This document shows positions 1 through 10,386 of a stretch of 64,000 nt of DNA, in pieces (within the stretch, counting starts at the first letter, position 1; each line of letters begins with the position of its first letter). The position numbers and the translations under genes are program-made. The notes under the pieces were generated by a model. The model made no database searches. It was not told the DNA's origin and saw only the letters and a program-made list of their open reading frames with translations. Source of the DNA: Myxococcota bacterium (GTDB lineage: Bacteria > Myxococcota_A > UBA9160 > UBA6930); the NCBI GenBank assembly GCA_965223705.1, contig OZ245015.1, positions 1,280,001 through 1,344,000 of the forward strand. The letters run 5' to 3'.

Positions 1-2007
1 TACTACTTGGCTTCCGTCGAGCCGGAATCCGAGATCGGCGCGTGGTTCGAGCCCGCAGCTCTCGAAGACGCTGCCCGGGCGCTCAAGCTTCGGCTCGCCG
101 GCCCCGCGGCGACGCTCGTTTCGAGGCTCGCTGGCGACGACCCGCTGCTCCTCTCGATGAAGCTCCTCGACCGACTCCGGGCGAGTGGCGCAGCGCTCGA
201 TCTTTCGGGCGGGCGCTTCGTCACCGCGGACCGCGACCGCTCCGTCCTCTTCGTCACGACGCGCGCTTCCGCTTACGACGCGCGTCGCCAGGGGCCGTTC
301 CTTCGAGATCTCGATGCACTGGGCGACTCCCTGCGCGAGCGTTTCGGCCCGAGCTCGAGTCTCGAGCTATCGGGCATTCACCCTTTCGCCGCCCATATCG
401 AGCGCGACATGCAACGGGACATGTGGAAGATCTCGCTCGTCTCGATGTTGGGGGTGGCCGCGGTATTCCTCCTCTTCTTTCGATCGCTGCGCGCACTGTT
501 CGTCTGCGCCCTTCCACACGTCGTCGGGGTGTTGGTGGCGCTGTCGATCGCAACGCTCGTCTTCGGAACGCTGACTCACTTGGCGTTGCTGTTCGCGATT
601 GCGCTCGCCGGAGTCTCGATCGACTACTCGATTCACTTGTTGAGTCACGTGGCGCTCCAGCGAGGGCCGCGATCCGACATGGGTTGGCTCCGCGGGTCGC
701 TCACGCTCGGCGCGGTGACCACCGTGGCGAGCTTCATCGGGCTCGGCCTCAGCACGTTTCCGGGTTTCGACCAGATGGGCTGGGTCGCCGCGGCCGGCGT
801 GGCCACGGCGCTCGTCGTGAGCGTCTTCGCCTTGCCTCCGATGCTCGCGGCGGCACGTCCGCGGGCGCGGGAAACGGTCCCGTCGGTTCTGTCGCGATGG
901 GTCGAAGGGTGTGCGTCTCGTCCGCGGCTTCTCCTCGGATTGTCGATCGGGCTGCTGGTCCTCGGGGCGGGCGCTTTCGGCGGGGTCCGCTGGGTCGACG
1001 ATGTCTCGGCGCTCACCAAGATCGACGCGGGCCTCCTCGCCGAAGACGCGTCGGTGCGGGACCGGATCCACCGCATCGACCTCTCTCGTTTCGTCATCGC
1101 GCGCGGAGCCGATCTCGAAGGCGCGCTGCAACGCAACGACGCTGCGGCGTCGACGCTTCGCGGCCTGGTGCGCGACGGCGCGCTCGGGGGGTTCGATTCG
1201 CTGCACACGTTCTTGTGGTCGGAAGATCTGCAGCAAAGGAACCTCCACGCGTTTCGCAGCGTCGAGGACGCGGGACGAAAGATCGACGAAGCCTTCGGAG
1301 CCGCCGGTTTTCGGTCCGGTGCTTTTCAGGGCTTTCGCGACACCCTCGCCGATCCGCCGCCGCCGATTCGCCTGGCGGACCTCGCGGGCACCGAAGCGGA
1401 ACCGTTGGCCGACACACAGCTCCTCGAACTTCCGGGCGGTGTCGCCGTCGTGACCTTTCTCCGCGAGATCCGAGATGTCGAAGCGCTCCGTGGGGCCATC
1501 GATGCACTTCCCGGCGTAGAGCTCTTTGATCACAAGACGTTCGTCGAAGGTATCTACGCCGAGTATCGCGAACGCATCGTCCGGATCATCGTGAGCGGCG
1601 TGTTCCTCGTCTTCGCGATCCTCTGGTTGCGCTATCGCCGTCTGCGATTCGCGATTGCGGCGATCAGCCCGTCACTCCTCACGGCCCTGGCGTTGGTCGT
1701 CCTCGCGGCGCTCTCGGGCACAGCCGTCCACTTGATTCACGTGTTGAGTCTCGTGCTGGTGATGGGCATGGGCGTCGACTACGGGATCTTCACCGTGGAC
1801 ACCGAGCGGGAGGAGCAGTCTCTCGGCACCACCCAGATGGGCTTGCTGGTCTCGTGCCTGACGACGCTGTTCGTGTTCGGAAGCCTCGCGCTCTCGAGCT
1901 ATCCCGCGCTGCGCGCGATGGGGCTGACGACGGGCATCGGACTGCTCTTCTCGTTTCTCTTTGCGCCGGTCGCCGTCGCACTGCTGCGAGTCCGCCGTCG
2001 TGCTTAG
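1..2007 (+). CDS. MMPL/RND family exporter (5'-truncated by window edge)
   Basis: Frame open from base 1; two hydrophobic TM blocks with GVSIDYSIH and GMGVDYGIF motifs typical of MMPL TM4/TM10. Confidence 0.85.
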   Translation, partial: YYLASVEPESEIGAWFEPAALEDAARALKLRLAGPAATLVSRLAGDDPLLLSMKLLDRLRASGAALDLSGGRFVTADRDRSVLFVTTRASAYDARRQGPFLRDLDALGDSLRERFGPSSSLELSGIHPFAAHIERDMQRDMWKISLVSMLGVAAVFLLFFRSLRALFVCALPHVVGVLVALSIATLVFGTLTHLALLFAIALAGVSIDYSIHLLSHVALQRGPRSDMGWLRGSLTLGAVTTVASFIGLGLSTFPGFDQMGWVAAAGVATALVVSVFALPPMLAAARPRARETVPSVLSRWVEGCASRPRLLLGLSIGLLVLGAGAFGGVRWVDDVSALTKIDAGLLAEDASVRDRIHRIDLSRFVIARGADLEGALQRNDAAASTLRGLVRDGALGGFDSLHTFLWSEDLQQRNLHAFRSVEDAGRKIDEAFGAAGFRSGAFQGFRDTLADPPPPIRLADLAGTEAEPLADTQLLELPGGVAVVTFLREIRDVEALRGAIDALPGVELFDHKTFVEGIYAEYRERIVRIIVSGVFLVFAILWLRYRRLRFAIAAISPSLLTALALVVLAALSGTAVHLIHVLSLVLVMGMGVDYGIFTVDTEREEQSLGTTQMGLLVSCLTTLFVFGSLALSSYPALRAMGLTTGIGLLFSFLFAPVAVALLRVRRRA

Positions 2008-2578
2008 GGCGGTATGCCTCTGCCTCCTGGTGTCCGCCGTCGGATGCACGTCGCTCACCCGCACATTCCTCTCACGTACCGGGCCGAAATGTCGCACGCC
2101 GGTCGTTTCGAGTTCCGGGTTCCCCGAGCAATCGGGTCGCGTGATCGCGCGAACGGTCCACCGCGGCGATGAGCAGCGCGGAACGTATCACCTCGAAAGC
2201 GCAGCCGGGGGCGTCGTCTTCGTCGGTCTGCGCGGCCCGGGCGTCAAGGCGTTTACCGTTCGCCACGAGGGACGATCCCTCGATTCGGACATCACGCTCG
2301 GGGGCGACCTCATCCACCCGGAAACCCTCCTGCACGCGATCGAGCGCGCCTACTGGATCGGTATTGCCGACACGCCACTCGGCGACGGCGAGCACCGGGC
2401 GGTGGTCGAGGGCGGGGTGGTCCATGAGACGTGGGAGGGCGGGCGCCTGATCGCGCGGCGATTCGACAAGCCGCGCATGCTCATCCGCTATGAGGCGGGC
2501 AACGCCTTCGTCGCTGACGAAACCTGTGGCTACGAGCTCGAGCTGCGGGCTTCGTTTTCTTCGAACGAAGCGATGTAG
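2000..2578 (+). CDS. Lipoprotein, DUF3261-like
   Basis: GTG at 2000 overlaps the MMPL end; signal peptide with lipobox VSAVGC; typical neighbour of MMPL in fatty-acid/aryl-polyene-type clusters. Confidence 0.55.
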   Translation: MLRAVCLCLLVSAVGCTSLTRTFLSRTGPKCRTPVVSSSGFPEQSGRVIARTVHRGDEQRGTYHLESAAGGVVFVGLRGPGVKAFTVRHEGRSLDSDITLGGDLIHPETLLHAIERAYWIGIADTPLGDGEHRAVVEGGVVHETWEGGRLIARRFDKPRMLIRYEAGNAFVADETCGYELELRASFSSNEAM

Positions 2579-3237
2579 GCGGCGGATCGGCGTCCGCGTG
2601 CGGTCGCTTCGGCCGGAAACCACGCGGAGAAGCGGCGGTCGAGCCAATTGTCCGTGTAGTAACGGAAGTAGATCTTCCGGATCAGGAACTCGACGGCGAC
2701 GATCATCAGCAGAAGCGACATGTAGACCGGGCCCGTAAAGCGCTGCCACACCGCCACCGGGGCGATGACTGCGAGTCCGGCGATCACCACCGCACTCGTG
2801 AGAAAAAAGCCGGCCCAGAAGCGCGTGCAACCCCTGCAGTAGCCGCGGGTGAATTCCGGGAGGTGGGGTTGGAGGACGCGCGCCATTCGCTCGATGATGC
2901 TTCGGCCGTCTTTGAGAGAATCCATGCAGAAGAGGAAGAGCTGAAGGTTGATGAGCGCGGGAAGCAACAGGAGAAACCGCTCGTCGCCACTCGCCGACGC
3001 CGCGACGAGAATCGCGCCACTGGCGACGAAATCGCGCCACGCGCCCGATTGCAGCCCTGTGCGCTTTCTGGCCGCGTAGCTCAAGGCGAGCATGGCCAGC
3101 CCCACCAGAGCCACCGCGCGAACGCCGAAACGATCGAACAACGCCCCGACCCAGAAGGGATAGATCACCAACAGTACGAGCAAGGCTATGGCGATCGCGG
3201 CTTGACCGGGCGTCGGACGGTTAGCGATGGCGACCAT
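2530..3237 (-). CDS. Predicted membrane protein (COG4648-like)
   Basis: Multiple TM segments; SIIERMAR...Y.R..TRFW and EFLIRK motifs resemble the membrane protein of aryl-polyene-type clusters. Confidence 0.6.
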   Translation of the reverse strand: MVAIANRPTPGQAAIAIALLVLLVIYPFWVGALFDRFGVRAVALVGLAMLALSYAARKRTGLQSGAWRDFVASGAILVAASASGDERFLLLLPALINLQLFLFCMDSLKDGRSIIERMARVLQPHLPEFTRGYCRGCTRFWAGFFLTSAVVIAGLAVIAPVAVWQRFTGPVYMSLLLMIVAVEFLIRKIYFRYYTDNWLDRRFSAWFPAEATARGRRSAAYIASFEENEARSSSS

Positions 3238-3240
3238 GAC

Positions 3241-4662
3241 TCACCAGCGCCGAATCTTGCCCGTCGGGGTTTGTGGCAGTGCGTCGACGAACTCGATCTT
3301 TCGCGGCGTTTTATAGGCGGGCAGGGACGCGCGACAAAGCTCAGTGAGCTCTTTGCGAAGCGTCGGCGGTGCGTCCGGTGCGACAACCTGCGCGACCGGG
3401 ATGGAACCCAAATGAGGATGCTCCTGGGCGGAAACGCGGCAACCTTCGACCGCGGCGTGAGACGCCAGAACCGCTTCGACCTCTTCCGCGAAGAATTTCA
3501 TGCCCGCCATACTGATGCGATTGCTGCGCCGGCCGACCAGGAAGAGGTCGCCATCGCCGTCGAAATACGCCTGATCGCCGGTTCGAAAACCGTCGGGCTC
3601 GAGAATCTCTTTGGCCCGGCACCAAGGCGACAGGTATGCATCGACGCAACCGTCGCCGCGAATGCACAGCTCACCGGTGTGTTCCGCCGAGCTCTTCTCG
3701 AGACGTCGGCCTTCGTCGTCGCGGAGCCAAACATCGTAGCCGGGCAGGGGGCGGCCCAGGGCTTCGGGTTTCGTCCCGGCACTCGCGAGATTGATCACCG
3801 GAAGCCCGACTTCGATGACGCCCAAAGCTTGGGTGATCGGGTGCTCGAAGCGCGCCTCGAACGAGCGCGCGGTGTCGGCGCGCAGGCCGTCTGCGGTGGA
3901 GATCGCGAGGCGGAGCGCGTCGAACGTGAACGTGCTGCTGTCTTTCGCGAGCCCCTGGTAGTGGTAGGGAGACGCGTAGAGCACCGTCGCGCCTGCGGCC
4001 GCGCCGGCTTCGAGCACGTGCCGGCTCAAGTGGCTCGCCGGAAAGACGACGGTCGCGCCGTAGCGCAGATAGAGAAGGATCGAGACCACGAAGTGGTGGG
4101 CGAGGGGCAGGGTCCACACGATGCGATCGTCGGTGTCGATCTCGAGGCCCCCATTCGCGAGGGCGGTGCGTTCGAGCACGGTCTGATGCCCCAGCACGAC
4201 GCCTTTCCGCGCGTTTGTGGTGCCCGACGTAAAGCGCAGGTAGGCCGGCTCGAGAGCGCGGAATTCGCGCTCGTCGAACGCGGCGCCTTGCACATGGGCG
4301 AGCGGGGCTTTCTGTAGGCCCGGGCTCGCGGACTCTCGCCACAGGAAGTGGAGCCGGGTCTCGGTGGCGGTCGGATCCCGCTCGAGAGGCCCACCGCCGT
4401 CGGGAATGGGTACGAGGCAACCGCCGGCCACGAGAATCCCCAACGCGGCTTCGACGAATTCCGGACCTTGAGGGGCGATGAGCCCGCAACGGTCGCCCGG
4501 TTGCACGCCCGCCGAAGACAACACCGCGGCGCGTCGTCGAACGGCGTCGCGAAGTGCGGCGTAGCTCACCGCGCGGACACTTCCGTCGGCGGCGTACTGC
4601 AAGAGCGCGGGGTGTGTCGGTCGCGCGTCGGCGTGCGCGAAAATCTCGTCTACGACGTTCAT
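3241..4662 (-). CDS. AMP-binding acyl-CoA/acyl-ACP ligase (ANL superfamily)
   Basis: FTSGTT P-loop, FRTGD, EVEAVL, LPQTPTGKI; start reassigned to ATG 4662 (MNVVDEIF). Confidence 0.88.
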   Translation of the reverse strand: MNVVDEIFAHADARPTHPALLQYAADGSVRAVSYAALRDAVRRRAAVLSSAGVQPGDRCGLIAPQGPEFVEAALGILVAGGCLVPIPDGGGPLERDPTATETRLHFLWRESASPGLQKAPLAHVQGAAFDEREFRALEPAYLRFTSGTTNARKGVVLGHQTVLERTALANGGLEIDTDDRIVWTLPLAHHFVVSILLYLRYGATVVFPASHLSRHVLEAGAAAGATVLYASPYHYQGLAKDSSTFTFDALRLAISTADGLRADTARSFEARFEHPITQALGVIEVGLPVINLASAGTKPEALGRPLPGYDVWLRDDEGRRLEKSSAEHTGELCIRGDGCVDAYLSPWCRAKEILEPDGFRTGDQAYFDGDGDLFLVGRRSNRISMAGMKFFAEEVEAVLASHAAVEGCRVSAQEHPHLGSIPVAQVVAPDAPPTLRKELTELCRASLPAYKTPRKIEFVDALPQTPTGKIRRW

Positions 4663-4666
4663 CGAC

Positions 4667-5932
4667 TCACCTGAGGGGCGCGCGAAAAGCGATGCGCTCG
4701 CGGATAGTAGCCGGCGAGATGTCGGCGAGCGATCGCCGGCTGCGCGCCGCGAGGGCTCCGGCGACGCCGATCGCCTCGCCGGTCGCGAGCGCCGTGCCCA
4801 CGACGCGGAGCGCTCCGTGGGCAACGTGGGTTGCCGACAAACAGCGCCCCGCCATGCCGAGCCGCGGGTGTGTGGCACTCACCAGCGCGCCCAGTGGAAC
4901 GGAACAAGCCGCGGTCGGGTAGCGGAGACGCACGCGACGATGATCCTCCCACAGCTCGATGGGCCAACCCGATCGTGCGACTTCGTCGTCGCGGCGCAGC
5001 CCGCCGAGGACGTCTTCTTCCGTCAGGTGTGCGAGGCCCCGCAGTCGCCGCGTCTCGCGGACGCCTACGTGAATCGGCCAGCCTGTCACCGACGCGTCGC
5101 GAAAATCTTCGCGCGTCGCGCGCAAGTACTCAACGATTTGCTCCGCCCATCGCTTCCCGGCGCTCGTGGCCTTGCGCCGCACGTCGCCGTCCGACAAGAG
5201 GGCGGGCGACTTGGGAAGGTTCAACGTGAGAAACGCCGCGCCCGGAGACACGCCGGGTCGAATCAGCACGGATTCGCATTCGCGCGGCAAGTCGCCGCGA
5301 CGCGCGGCGCCGGAGAGCCCGCGCGTCACCTTGAGCCGCGCAAACCCTTCGGTCGCGCTCGCGGGAACGCCGCCGAGCGCGACGATCAAGGAGCTCGCCT
5401 GGAGCTCCTCTTGCGGCGCGAGATCGGCTTCGGCCCCGCCTGCCGTAGCCGACACAGCGTCTCCGCTGGAATCGATGACCACCGCGGCGGAGAGGGTTTC
5501 ATCGCGGAGCTCGATGCGGGTGTCCGCGTCGTCCGAGGCGCCAAACGTCAGACCGCGCACGGGGTCCTGGGTTCGGATATCGACGCCGGCGGTCTTCTCG
5601 AGGACCGTCGATAGGTGGTCTCCAAAGGCCCGTGGGTCGATCGGAACGACGAAAACGCGGCCGACGCGTTCGGCCGGGAGCGCGCCGCCGCGTTCGAGCA
5701 GCGCTTCGGTCACTTCGCGCGCGAGGCCGTTTTGCAACCAAACGGGCGAATCCGACTCGGGTTCGAAGAGACCGCAGATCGTGTGGACCTGGGCGTTGGC
5801 GACGTTTCCCCCGAGCCGCGCTTCTCGCTCGAGGAGAACGACCGAAGCGCCCTCGCGCGCCGCAGCGAGAGCCGCCGCGCAGCCAGCCGGCCCACCGCCA
5901 ATGACCGCGACGTCGAAGCGCCCGCGGCTCAA
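4667..5932 (-). CDS. FAD-dependent oxidoreductase
   Basis: DVAVIGGGPAG, IDSSGDA, GVRETRR, AGRCLSA motifs. Confidence 0.85.
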   Translation of the reverse strand: MSRGRFDVAVIGGGPAGCAAALAAAREGASVVLLEREARLGGNVANAQVHTICGLFEPESDSPVWLQNGLAREVTEALLERGGALPAERVGRVFVVPIDPRAFGDHLSTVLEKTAGVDIRTQDPVRGLTFGASDDADTRIELRDETLSAAVVIDSSGDAVSATAGGAEADLAPQEELQASSLIVALGGVPASATEGFARLKVTRGLSGAARRGDLPRECESVLIRPGVSPGAAFLTLNLPKSPALLSDGDVRRKATSAGKRWAEQIVEYLRATREDFRDASVTGWPIHVGVRETRRLRGLAHLTEEDVLGGLRRDDEVARSGWPIELWEDHRRVRLRYPTAACSVPLGALVSATHPRLGMAGRCLSATHVAHGALRVVGTALATGEAIGVAGALAARSRRSLADISPATIRERIAFRAPLR

Positions 5933-7254
5933 GACTGCCCCAATAGATCTCGCTTGAATCGATCGCGGTAGATCGCGAGCTCACCCTCGCGGAACACGCC
6001 TCGTTGCCGAACGTGGGTGAGGTTCAGGCGGTCGCCGCGCAGGCTCATGATGGCGCCGCTGCCGGGCGACGTCGGCACCGAGGGCGCGTGGAACCCGTTT
6101 TGCACCGGCGCACCGAAGAAGCTCGTGCAGTCCGGCATGAACTGATCGGTGAACGCGAAGAAGAACGAGCAGAGCTCGCCCGAAAAATCGCGGCGCGCCA
6201 TGCGCGCGTAGAGGTGCGCCGGTGCGAAGCGCGCGAAATCCATCGCGGCGACCCCCGCCGCAACACTGCCCTCGCGAATCCGCTCTTTGCGCTGCCGTTT
6301 CAAACGATCGAGGAGCCGATCCATTTCGGAGACATCTTCCGCGAGCGCCTGGAACCACAGCATCGACACGCGCGTTCGAAAGACGCCCGGCTCGCCGCCC
6401 TTCGGTCGGAGATCGACGGGCAGGGGGACGACGTAGCTCGCGGGACGCGTGCCCCGCGCGAGGAACACGGCATCGTGCGCCCGTATCGCCGCCGCCAGGT
6501 AGAACAGCATCGGCGTCAAGAAGCCGGCCCGCTCCCCCGCGCGTTGGGTGATCGAAGCGGTTTCCTCGGGTGAGAACGTGGTGAGCTCGAGCTCGAGCCG
6601 CTGGGGTTCTCGGCGCAGGGGACCTGCGAGCGATTGCGGCGGATGCTTCGCCAACGCGCGAAACGTGCGTTGCCAGGCCCGGGCCTGCTCGCCGCGCCCG
6701 CGGAGCCCTTCTTCACTCGCGGCCGTGAGGGCCTCGGCGGGCGCGAGTGCCGCGAGGTCGCGCGCGCCACGTTCGATTTCCGCGAGCCGCGTTGTGAAGT
6801 ACTCGCTTCCGGAACCGTCGAACAACATGTGGAGCCACGTCATCGCGAAATCGGCGGAGCCGTCGTCGTAGTGCACGATGTCGAACCGCAGGAGCTCCCC
6901 TTTTGCGGGATGCATCAGCCCGTTGAGTCGCGCTTCGAAGACCTTCGGCAGAAGCTCCGTCCGCGGACCGCCGGTGTGTTCCTCGATCGCGGGCAGCGCA
7001 CCGGGGTGGTCCACGCAGTAGCGAGGCGCGCCCAGACCGCGGCGGATGGGCGCTCGGAGAATCGGGTAGTGCCCGGCGACTTCTGCCACGACTTCCGCGA
7101 AGCGCGCGGCCTTGAAGCCGGGGGCCAGTCGCAAGATGAGTTGGGAGAGATGGCTCGCCCCGGAGTAACGCCGTATCTGCGCGTCGAACGCGCGCAAGAA
7201 ACAATCCGCGCCTGTCAGCGGAACCGACGGCAACTCAGGCGGCGAGCTGATCAT
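5929..7254 (-). CDS. Stand-alone condensation-domain / CoA-dependent acyltransferase
   Basis: HMLFDG (HxxxDG) motif, YPILRA, VPLPVDLR; adjacent to ACP and ligase; start could be 7254 or 7278. Confidence 0.7.
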   Translation of the reverse strand: MISSPPELPSVPLTGADCFLRAFDAQIRRYSGASHLSQLILRLAPGFKAARFAEVVAEVAGHYPILRAPIRRGLGAPRYCVDHPGALPAIEEHTGGPRTELLPKVFEARLNGLMHPAKGELLRFDIVHYDDGSADFAMTWLHMLFDGSGSEYFTTRLAEIERGARDLAALAPAEALTAASEEGLRGRGEQARAWQRTFRALAKHPPQSLAGPLRREPQRLELELTTFSPEETASITQRAGERAGFLTPMLFYLAAAIRAHDAVFLARGTRPASYVVPLPVDLRPKGGEPGVFRTRVSMLWFQALAEDVSEMDRLLDRLKRQRKERIREGSVAAGVAAMDFARFAPAHLYARMARRDFSGELCSFFFAFTDQFMPDCTSFFGAPVQNGFHAPSVPTSPGSGAIMSLRGDRLNLTHVRQRGVFREGELAIYRDRFKRDLLGQS

Positions 7255-7489
7255 GGATACAGCGCGCCAGCGTGGCACAGCTCGCGAGATTTTCGGGCGT
7301 GAGTTCGCTTTCGTCGAACCACAAACCCGTCCGTTCTTCGACGGTCAACAAGAGCTGTGTGAGCGCGAGAGAATCGAGGCCCGCGGCGATGAGATCGGAA
7401 TCGGCTTCGAAGCCGGCGTCGACCTCGAGCAATTCGTCGCGCACCGTCTCGAAAATCAGTTGCGTCAGTTCCGGAAGTGTGAGGCTCAC
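7235..7489 (-). CDS. Acyl carrier protein
   Basis: GLDSL phosphopantetheine site, acidic ~84 aa, ELTPENLAS; GTG start at 7489. Confidence 0.88.
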   Translation of the reverse strand: MSLTLPELTQLIFETVRDELLEVDAGFEADSDLIAAGLDSLALTQLLLTVEERTGLWFDESELTPENLASCATLARCIHDQLAA

Positions 7490-7559
7490 AGGATGACCCA
7501 AGTTAGCAGCTCGCCCGAACCGTTGCCCCAACCCGGGGGAGGTGTGTAGGCTCCAGGGG

Positions 7560-8807
7560 ATGGCTCATAACATACGAACGGTGGCCATTTTGGGGGGTGG
7601 GCCGGCGGGCGCGGCACTCGCGACGCACCTGGTTCGCGACGGCATCACGGTTGTTCTCTTCGCACCCGATCGCCGACCTCCGCTCGTGGTCGGCGAATCC
7701 CTGGTCCCGGCGGTGATTCCGTTCTTGCGCGAGCTGGGGATCGAATCGACCGTGCGCGAGCACGCCATCACGAAACACGGCGCGACGTTTACGGTCACTC
7801 CGGAAGACCAGTTCTGTTTCCGCTTCACCGACGCGCGCGGAGCCGAGACGCCTTACTCCTACAACGTGCCGCGCGACGTCCTCGACGCGGCCATCTTCGA
7901 CGCGGCGCGGGAGGCCGGCGCCCACATCGTCGCGCACAGCGCGAAGCTCGACCGCACCGAGGGCTCGGACCGCGTCCAGCTCTCGGTCGATTCGCTCGCG
8001 GCGACGCACGGGGTGCTGACCGCGCAACCCGATCTCATCGTCGACGCGGCGGGGCGGAACCGCGTGATCGGTCGACTCCTCGACCTCCCCACCGACGAGG
8101 GCCCCCGGCGCGATACCGCGTTGTTCTCGCACATGGAGGGCGTGCCGCTCGTGGTCGAGGGCGACGTTCACAGCGATATCCTCGAACACGGATGGAGCTG
8201 GCGCATTCCGCTGCCGGGACGCGTTTCGGTGGGGTTCGTGGTGCCGGACGAACACTGGGAGCGTTACGGCGACACGAAGGAAGAGCGCTACGACACACTC
8301 TTCCGAAGGGACCCCGCGGTGCTTCGCTGGGGCGGATCACCGCGGCGCATCGCCCCGGTGCTCAAGTACAACAACTATCAACGCATCACGTCTCGAGGCG
8401 TCGGGCCCGGTTGGGCGCTGGTGGGGGACGCCTTCGGTTTCGTCGATCCGGTGTTTTCGAGCGGGATGTTGATCGCACTCGACAGTGCGAAAGAGCTCGC
8501 GAATGCCGTCGCCAAAGGATCCGACGCCGCGTTCGCGAGCTACGAACAGCACGTGAAGCGCCATCTCGCGGCCTGGCAGCGCGTGATCGAGCATTTCTAC
8601 AACGGCCGCTTGTTGACGCTCTTCCGCGTCGGCGACTACATGCGCAAGACGTTGCCCGGCCGGATCCTCGACCCGCATTTCCGCAAACACCTGCCGCGCG
8701 TGTTTACCGGCGAAGCCTCGACCCGGCGCTACAGCGTGGGTCTGACGGATTTCATGTGCCGTCGCGGGCTCGCCGGCAACGATCCGGATCCCTTCCGGGT
8801 GCGGTAG
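7560..8807 (+). CDS. Flavin-dependent halogenase-like oxidoreductase
   Basis: GGGPAG, VGESL, putative catalytic K (ITKHGA), WSWRIP (WxWxIP), GDAFGFVDPVFSSG. Confidence 0.8.
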   Translation: MAHNIRTVAILGGGPAGAALATHLVRDGITVVLFAPDRRPPLVVGESLVPAVIPFLRELGIESTVREHAITKHGATFTVTPEDQFCFRFTDARGAETPYSYNVPRDVLDAAIFDAAREAGAHIVAHSAKLDRTEGSDRVQLSVDSLAATHGVLTAQPDLIVDAAGRNRVIGRLLDLPTDEGPRRDTALFSHMEGVPLVVEGDVHSDILEHGWSWRIPLPGRVSVGFVVPDEHWERYGDTKEERYDTLFRRDPAVLRWGGSPRRIAPVLKYNNYQRITSRGVGPGWALVGDAFGFVDPVFSSGMLIALDSAKELANAVAKGSDAAFASYEQHVKRHLAAWQRVIEHFYNGRLLTLFRVGDYMRKTLPGRILDPHFRKHLPRVFTGEASTRRYSVGLTDFMCRRGLAGNDPDPFRVR

Positions 8808-8816
8808 GGCGAACCC

Positions 8817-10331
8817 GTGGCGCGCAGTCGGACGCTCCGCGATCGCTATGACGCCGTCGTGATTGGCAGCGGCGTCGGCGGGCTCACCGCCGCCGGATGG
8901 CTCGCCCACGCAGGCCTCCGGGTGTTGGTACTCGAAGCGCACGATCGGCCTGGAGGCTACGCCCACGCGTTTCGCCGCCGGCGCTACCGGTTTGACGCGT
9001 CCGTTCATCTCACCAGCGGCTGCGCGCCGAGCGGTTTTGCGGGAGGGTCTGTCCTCCACGACGTCCTCGAAGCCTTGAAGGTGCGCGACCGCTGCGACTT
9101 CGTCCGCGTCGATCCGATCTACCGCGCGAGCTACCCCGGTTTGACCATCGACGCCGCGGGAGGCCTCGAAGGGTTCACGGAATCCCACCTACGGGCCTTT
9201 CCCCACGAGCGGGATGGCCTGCGTGAACTTCTCCGTCTTTGCCTCGCGTTGCGAGAAGAGGCTTCGGCCTTCGAAGGCCGACGAATGGGAGCTCCTTCTG
9301 CGGTAGGGCGCACGCCGGCGGGGGGCGACGAGCGGCCATTCGCAGCGATCCGGCGTTTTCGCGATGCAACGCTCGAGGAAGCGCTCTCGCAATTCATTGG
9401 CGATCCGAAGTTGCGAGCCGTGTTCGCGACGTTGTGGCCCTATTTGGGTTTGCCGCCCGCAGACGTGTCGTTCGTCTACTGGGCGTCGATGCTCGCGAGC
9501 TACCTCGTCGACGGGGCCTACACGTGCCGCGGGACCTTCCAACGGATGGCCGAGGCGATGACCGAGGGCATCGAAGACTTGGGTGGCGAGGTGCACTTCC
9601 GGAGCCGCGTCGCGCGAATCGCGACGGGCGCCTCGGGCGTCGTCGGCGTCGAGCTCGCCGACGGACGGTTCGTGCGCGCGCCAGTCGTCGTTTCGAACGC
9701 CGACGCTCGCCACACGTTCCGCGATCTTCTCGCCCACACCGCGACGCCGCGCGCTTTTAGCGACGTGCTCGATCGCCGTCGCCCTTCGATCTCCGCGTTT
9801 GTCGCCTACCTGGCCACCGAGCTTCCGCTCACGGGGCCGCACGAGAGGTTTCACTTCCCGGGCTACGACCATCGCGATCACTGGGCGAGCAGTCTGCGCG
9901 GCGAGCCGAACTGGTTCAGCGCAACCTGGCCGACGGGACTCGATCGCGAGCTCGCCCCCGAAGGCCAACACCTCTTGATTCTCACCACGCTGGTGCCCCA
10001 CGGCGATCGCGACTGGAAGCGGGAGAAGCCGGCGTTTCTCGCGGCGCTCCTCGAGCGCGCCGAACGCGTCTTTCCCGGCCTGCGCGAATCGCTTTGCTAC
10101 GTCGAGGCGGGAACGCCGGCCACGATGGTGCGCTACACGGGGAACGCGGAAGGCGCGCTCTACGGCTGGGATCTCCGACCCGATCAAGTCGGCCCGGGCC
10201 GGCTGAACCACCGCACGGAGATCCCGGGGCTCTACCTCGCGGGCCACTGGGCGCGACCCGGAGGCGGGGTGTACGGCGCCGCACTTTCCGGGGCGCGCGC
10301 CGCGCGCATGATTCTCGAAGAGAGCCACTAG
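8817..10331 (+). CDS. Phytoene desaturase/retinol saturase-family FAD oxidoreductase
   Basis: YDAVVIGSGVGGL, LEAHDRPGG, GTPATMVRYT, GLYLAGHW..PGGG. Confidence 0.85.
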   Translation: MARSRTLRDRYDAVVIGSGVGGLTAAGWLAHAGLRVLVLEAHDRPGGYAHAFRRRRYRFDASVHLTSGCAPSGFAGGSVLHDVLEALKVRDRCDFVRVDPIYRASYPGLTIDAAGGLEGFTESHLRAFPHERDGLRELLRLCLALREEASAFEGRRMGAPSAVGRTPAGGDERPFAAIRRFRDATLEEALSQFIGDPKLRAVFATLWPYLGLPPADVSFVYWASMLASYLVDGAYTCRGTFQRMAEAMTEGIEDLGGEVHFRSRVARIATGASGVVGVELADGRFVRAPVVVSNADARHTFRDLLAHTATPRAFSDVLDRRRPSISAFVAYLATELPLTGPHERFHFPGYDHRDHWASSLRGEPNWFSATWPTGLDRELAPEGQHLLILTTLVPHGDRDWKREKPAFLAALLERAERVFPGLRESLCYVEAGTPATMVRYTGNAEGALYGWDLRPDQVGPGRLNHRTEIPGLYLAGHWARPGGGVYGAALSGARAARMILEESH

Positions 10332-10386
10332 TCGCTCGCGCGCGGGGCGTGCGCTACTCCTTCGCGAGGACGGATCGGGGGTTGTA

